Part shown: positions 59,323 to 64,000 of the stretch, piece by piece
How positions within the stretch are numbered: the first letter of the stretch is position 1
Layout of the letters: each line of letters begins with the position of its first letter
DNA from: Oscillospiraceae bacterium
Lineage (GTDB): Bacteria > Bacillota > Clostridia > Oscillospirales > Oscillospiraceae
Length of the DNA stretch: 64,000 nt
NCBI GenBank assembly: GCA_020025515.1
Contig: JAHHRZ010000005.1
Coordinates: 53,628-117,627, forward strand
Direction: 5' to 3'
Notes under the pieces: model-generated
The model's database searches: none
The model's input: the letters and a program-made list of their open reading frames with translations, nothing else
What the model was told of the DNA's origin: nothing
Program-made: the position numbers and the translations under genes

Positions 59323-60489
59323 ATGGTACAGAATTTAAATGTGTTGTCCTTTGCTCCCTATGGAAAGATTACGGCGGAGCGTTCTGAGCGGAGGCATAGC
59401 CCCCGTGTCAGCCCGGCGGAAGAGCGATTGGTGGAAGTGACTCAGGAGACCATCTTCCAGTACAGTCCCACAGAGCCGGTATATCTGGACTATGAGTCCG
59501 GAATGACCATTCTGGCTGTGGCCAAGGGCCGCGGAGAGTTTGTCTATTTTTATCTGGATAAGCCTGTGTGCATCAACCCCGGTGTCCACTTTGCTGTGGC
59601 TCCCTACCAGGTCAGCTGCTCGGTGCGCATGGCAGTTTCCGGCGGCCATTGGCCCAAGGCGGAGGCTATGACCCTTCCTCTGCGGGAGCTGGCCTTGTCC
59701 CGGTCGCTGCAGGTGGAACGGGTCTATACCTTCTTTTATCATGAAAAAGAACGGGGATTCTTCTTCCGCGGCGAAGAGCATTCCATGCTGGAGCTTACCT
59801 ATGTGGATAAGGGTGCCATTCATTCCGTGGCAGGCGGACAGGATCTGCTTCTGGAGCAGGGAGACATGGCAATCTATGGTCCAAACCAGTGGCATATGCA
59901 GTACGCAGACCCGGAGTGTGCCCCCAGCTATATTACCATCACCTTTGATCTGGAGGGCGACAGCCTGGCAAGACTTCTGAACCGGAAGTTCCGCACACCG
60001 CAGAAGGCTGTGTTGCTGCTGCAGCAGATGCTGCAGGAGCGGGACCATGAGGATGCCTATACGGGAGACATGCTCATCAGCCTGCTGGGTCAGCTGCTGC
60101 TCACGGTACTGAGAGACTCTGGAACCACACCAGAGTCACCTCTGCGAACAGCCAATGCCATTAACAGCGAAAATGAAGTGGTGGGCCACGCCCAGCGCTT
60201 CATTGGCGAGAATGTCCGACAGAAACTCAGTGTGCCCATGGTAGCCAGAGAGGTGGGGGTCAGCCCCTCTTATCTCACGGCATTGTTCCATAAGAACCTC
60301 CAGATATCTCCGGGGGAGTATATCCGCCGTGCCAAGCTTCAGGAGTCTAAGCATATGATTCGGGAGGGCAAAATGAATTTTACTGAGATTGCTCAGGTTT
60401 TGCAATATTCCACGGTACATCATTTCTCACGTCAGTTCAAAGAGAAGTTTGGGATCACCCCCACAGAATATGCCCGTTCCATTCGATGA
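59323..60489 (+). CDS. AraC-family transcriptional regulator
   Basis: Cupin (GEEHSMLELTYVDKG..PNQWH) and C-terminal double HTH (SPSYL, FSRQFKEKFGITPTEY). Confidence 0.9.
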   Translation: MVQNLNVLSFAPYGKITAERSERRHSPRVSPAEERLVEVTQETIFQYSPTEPVYLDYESGMTILAVAKGRGEFVYFYLDKPVCINPGVHFAVAPYQVSCSVRMAVSGGHWPKAEAMTLPLRELALSRSLQVERVYTFFYHEKERGFFFRGEEHSMLELTYVDKGAIHSVAGGQDLLLEQGDMAIYGPNQWHMQYADPECAPSYITITFDLEGDSLARLLNRKFRTPQKAVLLLQQMLQERDHEDAYTGDMLISLLGQLLLTVLRDSGTTPESPLRTANAINSENEVVGHAQRFIGENVRQKLSVPMVAREVGVSPSYLTALFHKNLQISPGEYIRRAKLQESKHMIREGKMNFTEIAQVLQYSTVHHFSRQFKEKFGITPTEYARSIR

Positions 60490-60645
60490 AAAGGCTCTGA
60501 TCTATAATCAGGATGGCAAGATAGTCGGGGGAAATAATGATATTTTTTGTTGCTGTCAGCCATTTTTACACAGTGTTTTGGATAATATATTCGCATATAG
60601 GTATTACTTGGGGAATTAGGTACCATAATAGATTCTAAACGTAGC

Positions 60646-60690
60646 ACTACCATCTCGCAATTTTGCGAGATGGTGGTTTTTTTTATTTCA
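60646..60690 (+). terminator. Intrinsic terminator downstream of araC
   Basis: actaccatctcgcaa/ttgcgagatggtggt plus T-run. Confidence 0.8.
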
Positions 60691-60826
60691 ACAAAAAGTT
60701 TGCGAATATCCGAGAAAATTGGATTAAATGCAGGTTATTGCTTGGATTTGTACAAAAAGTGCTAATTGATAAAAGTTTGGTAATTTGATTATAATTCACC
60801 GAAATAAATCATTCGACTAAAAACGA

Positions 60827-60855
60827 TTGACTTCGACGTTATAAAACTGTATGAT
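60827..60855 (+). promoter_or_regulatory. Sigma-A promoter of the S8 protease gene
   Basis: TTGACT-N17-TATGAT. Confidence 0.65.
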
Positions 60856-60978
60856 AATAGCACGGAGCTTTACACAGACATAGTGTGAAGAAAGCCGTCG
60901 GCAGATCGAGAAAGGGAGGTCTCGATCCCCGCAAAATGGCGCCTGCCCCTAAGGCAGAGAAAGGAAAAGGAGAAAAAC

Positions 60979-63900
60979 ATGATGGAAAAGAATTTGTTGA
61001 ACCGCTTGCTTTCCCTGATGCTGGTTGCAGCAGTCCTGTTTGGATTTGCGATTCCAGTGCGTGCAGCTGAGGAATCGACTGCCGTACGCTTCCAGCAGGT
61101 GGATAACAGTGCAGTGACGGCAACACTCCCCGGTCACGAACCTGTGAGTTCACCAGAACAAGACACATATGCCCCTACAGATGTGGTCCGTGTGTCGATT
61201 GTGTTAGAGAAAGAATCTACCGTGGCAGCAGGATTTGCAATGGTTGACGTTGCACAAAATGCCTCTGCTATGGCCTACCGTCAGGAGTTGCAGACGCAAC
61301 AGCAGAAGATCACCGCCGCGATTGAGAAACGGCTGGATCAGAAGCTGGATGTGGTTTGGAACCTGACGCTGGCAGCGAATCTGATTTCTGCTGATGTGGA
61401 GTATGGTCAGATCGAAGCCATTGAAAAAGTTCCCGGCGTTGAGAAGGTCCTGATTGAGACCAGATACCAGCCTGCCGTTGTGGATCGGGAAGAAACAAAT
61501 GATCCGAACATGGCTACCTCTTCCAAACAGATCGGCTCCGGTATGGCCTGGGCCTCTGGCTACACCGGCGCAGGTACTCGGATTGCAGTGATCGATACTG
61601 GTATCGATACGGATCATCAGTCTTTTTCCAATGAAGGCTATCAATACTCCCTGGCCTATCATGCAGGAGAAAGCGGACTTACATTGGAAGAGTATGTGGA
61701 AAAGCTGAATCTTCTGGATGTGGAAAAAGTTGCTTCTGTGGCCGATCAGCTGAATGTGGAAATTGACCCCGCCAAGTCTTTCCTGAGTGAAAAGCTTCCT
61801 TTTGCTTACAATTATGTAGATAAAAGTTACTATGTCACCCATAAGGAAGATAAGCAGTCGGAGCATGGCTCCCATGTCAGCGGCATTGCTGCTGCCAATG
61901 CCTATATCCCCAAGGGGGATGGCACCTTCGCCAAGGCGTTGGATTCTGTGAGGGTCCAGGGTGTTGCTCCCGATGCTCAGATCATCACCATGAAGGTCTT
62001 TGGTAAAAGCGGCGGCGCCTATGATGCCGACTATATGGCGGCCATTGAAGACGCCATTGTTCTGGGCTGTGACTCCGTGAACCTGTCTCTGGGCTCCGGC
62101 AGCGCAGGCAGCTCCCGCAACGCAACCGCAGAATATCAGGCCATTATGGAAAACCTGACCAAGTCCGGTATCGTGGTCTGCATCTCCGCGGGCAATAACG
62201 GCGGCTGGGTAGACAACGCAATGAACATGGGTCGGCTCTACGCCGATGATGTGAACATGCATACCGGCGGTTCTCCTGGTACATATACCAATTCCCTGAC
62301 TGTCGCTTCTGTGGACAATGACGGTGCAACCGGCCTGTTCATTGGAGTGAAGGATGTGTTGGCTGTTTACAGCGAAAGTGATTACAGCAACCAACCCATG
62401 GCAACTCTGGCCGGAGAGCAGGAATATGTCCTCATCGATGGCTATGGCACGCCTGAGCAATGGGCAGCTGTTGGAGACGCCCTGAAGGGAAAGGTTGCCA
62501 TGTGCTCCCGTGGTGAAATCGCATTTGCCCTGAAGGGGAATCATGCTGTTGACGCAGGTGCCATTGCAACCGTTGTTTACAATAATGCGCCCGGCGTCAT
62601 TAACATGGATCTGACGGACTATAAAAAGACCGCTCCCTTTGTTTCCATTACACAATCTGCCGGAAAGGCGTTCCGTGACAACGGGGAAGCCGTCAAAGAT
62701 GAGTCCGGCAAGGTTCTGTATTACACCGGCACTATGACAATCTCTGAGGGGGTTGGTTCTTCTCAGTTTGACAGCGAATTTTACACCATGAGCCCGTTCT
62801 CCTCCTGGGGCGTTCCCAGTTCCCTGGAGATGAAGCCTGAGATCACCGCTCCCGGCGGCTCCATTTACTCTGTGTTTGGCCAAACTCCTGATGGCGGCGG
62901 CTTTGACAAGTATGAGAGCATGTCCGGTACCTCCATGTCCGCACCTCAGGTTTCCGGTATGGCGGCTTTGGTGGCCCAGTACATTCGAGAAAATAATCTT
63001 GCGGAAAAGACCGGCATGACACCTCGTCAGCTGGCGCAGAGTTTGCTGATGTCCACGGCTGTTCCCATGGTTGACGGAACCAGCGGCAGCTACTTCCCCG
63101 TTATTCAGCAGGGCGCCGGTCTTGGCAATGTAGGAGCTGCGGTCAATGCAGACAGCTACATTACCATGGACGAGAATGCAACCAAATCGTTTGCAGACGG
63201 TAAGGTAAAGGTGGAGTTGGGCGATGATCCCCAGCGTACCGGCGTTTACAACTTCTCCTTCCATATCAACAATCTCACAAACGATGATAAGGCGTTTGCT
63301 CTGTCCGCCGATTTCTTTACTCAGAAATTGTTCGAGGACTACGCAAACAATAAACAGAACGAAAATCAGAAGACATTCTATATGGACACCACCACCGTTT
63401 CTGTACCTGTCAATGTGACTTGGGAGGTAGACGGCAAGGTCTTGGAACCCAGTGATCTGGTTCGCGGTCTGGACTTTGATGGCAATGGCGCAGTCAACGC
63501 CGCCGATGGTCAGGCACTTCTGGACCATGTGGTGGACAACACAAAGACCATCCAAAATCAGGATAAGGCGGATTTGGACAAGGACGGCGATGTAGATACA
63601 CAAGATGCATACCTGTTCTTCAAAAATCTTGGTACCGGCACCGTTATGGTTCCCGCGGATGGTTCCGTTAAGGTCCATGTGAAGGTGGAACTGACCGATG
63701 CATGGCAGGAATATCTGAAAACTGCCACCAATGGCGTGTATGTGGAAGGCTATGTCTTTGCTGAGAGCATGGCAAGCGCAGAAGGTGTGGAAGGCACAGT
63801 CCACTCCATTCCTGTTTTGGGCTTCTACGGCAACTGGAGCGACCCTTCCATGTATGATGCAGGCATTCTGGCCAAGTACAGAACCGGCGAAGACTTCCGG

Positions 63901-64000
63901 ATGCCTTACCTGGGCAGCATCGAGGCCAATACCTATCTGGTAACCTATGCCAATGACCCTGAAAATGTCTATGCTTTGGGTGGAAACCCCCTGATTCCGG
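60979..64000 (+). CDS. Large secreted S8 (subtilisin/lactocepin-like) serine protease with PA domain and internal dockerin; truncated at the window edge
   Basis: Frame open to the window end, hence absent from the ORF track; SD AAGGAG; signal peptide ..IPVRA; triad IAVIDTG (61594), HGSHVSG (61864), SGTSMS (62932); PA domain LKGKVAMCSRG. Confidence 0.92.
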   Translation, partial: MMEKNLLNRLLSLMLVAAVLFGFAIPVRAAEESTAVRFQQVDNSAVTATLPGHEPVSSPEQDTYAPTDVVRVSIVLEKESTVAAGFAMVDVAQNASAMAYRQELQTQQQKITAAIEKRLDQKLDVVWNLTLAANLISADVEYGQIEAIEKVPGVEKVLIETRYQPAVVDREETNDPNMATSSKQIGSGMAWASGYTGAGTRIAVIDTGIDTDHQSFSNEGYQYSLAYHAGESGLTLEEYVEKLNLLDVEKVASVADQLNVEIDPAKSFLSEKLPFAYNYVDKSYYVTHKEDKQSEHGSHVSGIAAANAYIPKGDGTFAKALDSVRVQGVAPDAQIITMKVFGKSGGAYDADYMAAIEDAIVLGCDSVNLSLGSGSAGSSRNATAEYQAIMENLTKSGIVVCISAGNNGGWVDNAMNMGRLYADDVNMHTGGSPGTYTNSLTVASVDNDGATGLFIGVKDVLAVYSESDYSNQPMATLAGEQEYVLIDGYGTPEQWAAVGDALKGKVAMCSRGEIAFALKGNHAVDAGAIATVVYNNAPGVINMDLTDYKKTAPFVSITQSAGKAFRDNGEAVKDESGKVLYYTGTMTISEGVGSSQFDSEFYTMSPFSSWGVPSSLEMKPEITAPGGSIYSVFGQTPDGGGFDKYESMSGTSMSAPQVSGMAALVAQYIRENNLAEKTGMTPRQLAQSLLMSTAVPMVDGTSGSYFPVIQQGAGLGNVGAAVNADSYITMDENATKSFADGKVKVELGDDPQRTGVYNFSFHINNLTNDDKAFALSADFFTQKLFEDYANNKQNENQKTFYMDTTTVSVPVNVTWEVDGKVLEPSDLVRGLDFDGNGAVNAADGQALLDHVVDNTKTIQNQDKADLDKDGDVDTQDAYLFFKNLGTGTVMVPADGSVKVHVKVELTDAWQEYLKTATNGVYVEGYVFAESMASAEGVEGTVHSIPVLGFYGNWSDPSMYDAGILAKYRTGEDFRMPYLGSIEANTYLVTYANDPENVYALGGNPLIP

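Noticed and set aside
61204..63804. 866-aa minus-strand ORF
   Set aside because: Shadow of the real plus-strand S8 protease, which the track omitted because its stop is outside the window

Overview
Chromosomal segment from an anaerobic Firmicute, probably a Clostridia / Oscillospiraceae-like gut or rumen organism (inferred from gene content). It is densely coding. I found no recognisable mobile element, CRISPR array or rRNA. Housekeeping blocks: dprA/DEAD helicase, mgtE, mutY, degV, recJ-relA-dtd-hemZ-...-hup-rqcP, trpS with a T-box, cca-pth2, glyQS, and rplU-prp-rpmA-obgE. Metabolic blocks: (1) a Wood-Ljungdahl methyl/corrinoid cluster, metF-cooC-acsD-[acsC::acsE fusion]-DUF3786-acsV-DUF3786, with no acsA or acsB in the window; (2) a buk-ptb-iorA-iorB-aminotransferase operon behind a triple operator array; (3) a glycogen operon whose GlgB has lost catalytic residues. 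Other points of note: an unannotated 30-aa leader peptide with attenuator-like pairings upstream of mgtE, two identical tRNA-Val(GAC) genes each with its own promoter and terminator, a bile-acid 3alpha-HSDH-like SDR, a radical-SAM-like protein lacking its CxxxCxxC motif, a 58-aa four-cysteine ORF missing from the ORF track, and a large secreted S8 protease with an internal dockerin that runs off the right edge. All family assignments come from motifs I recognised by eye; no database search was run.
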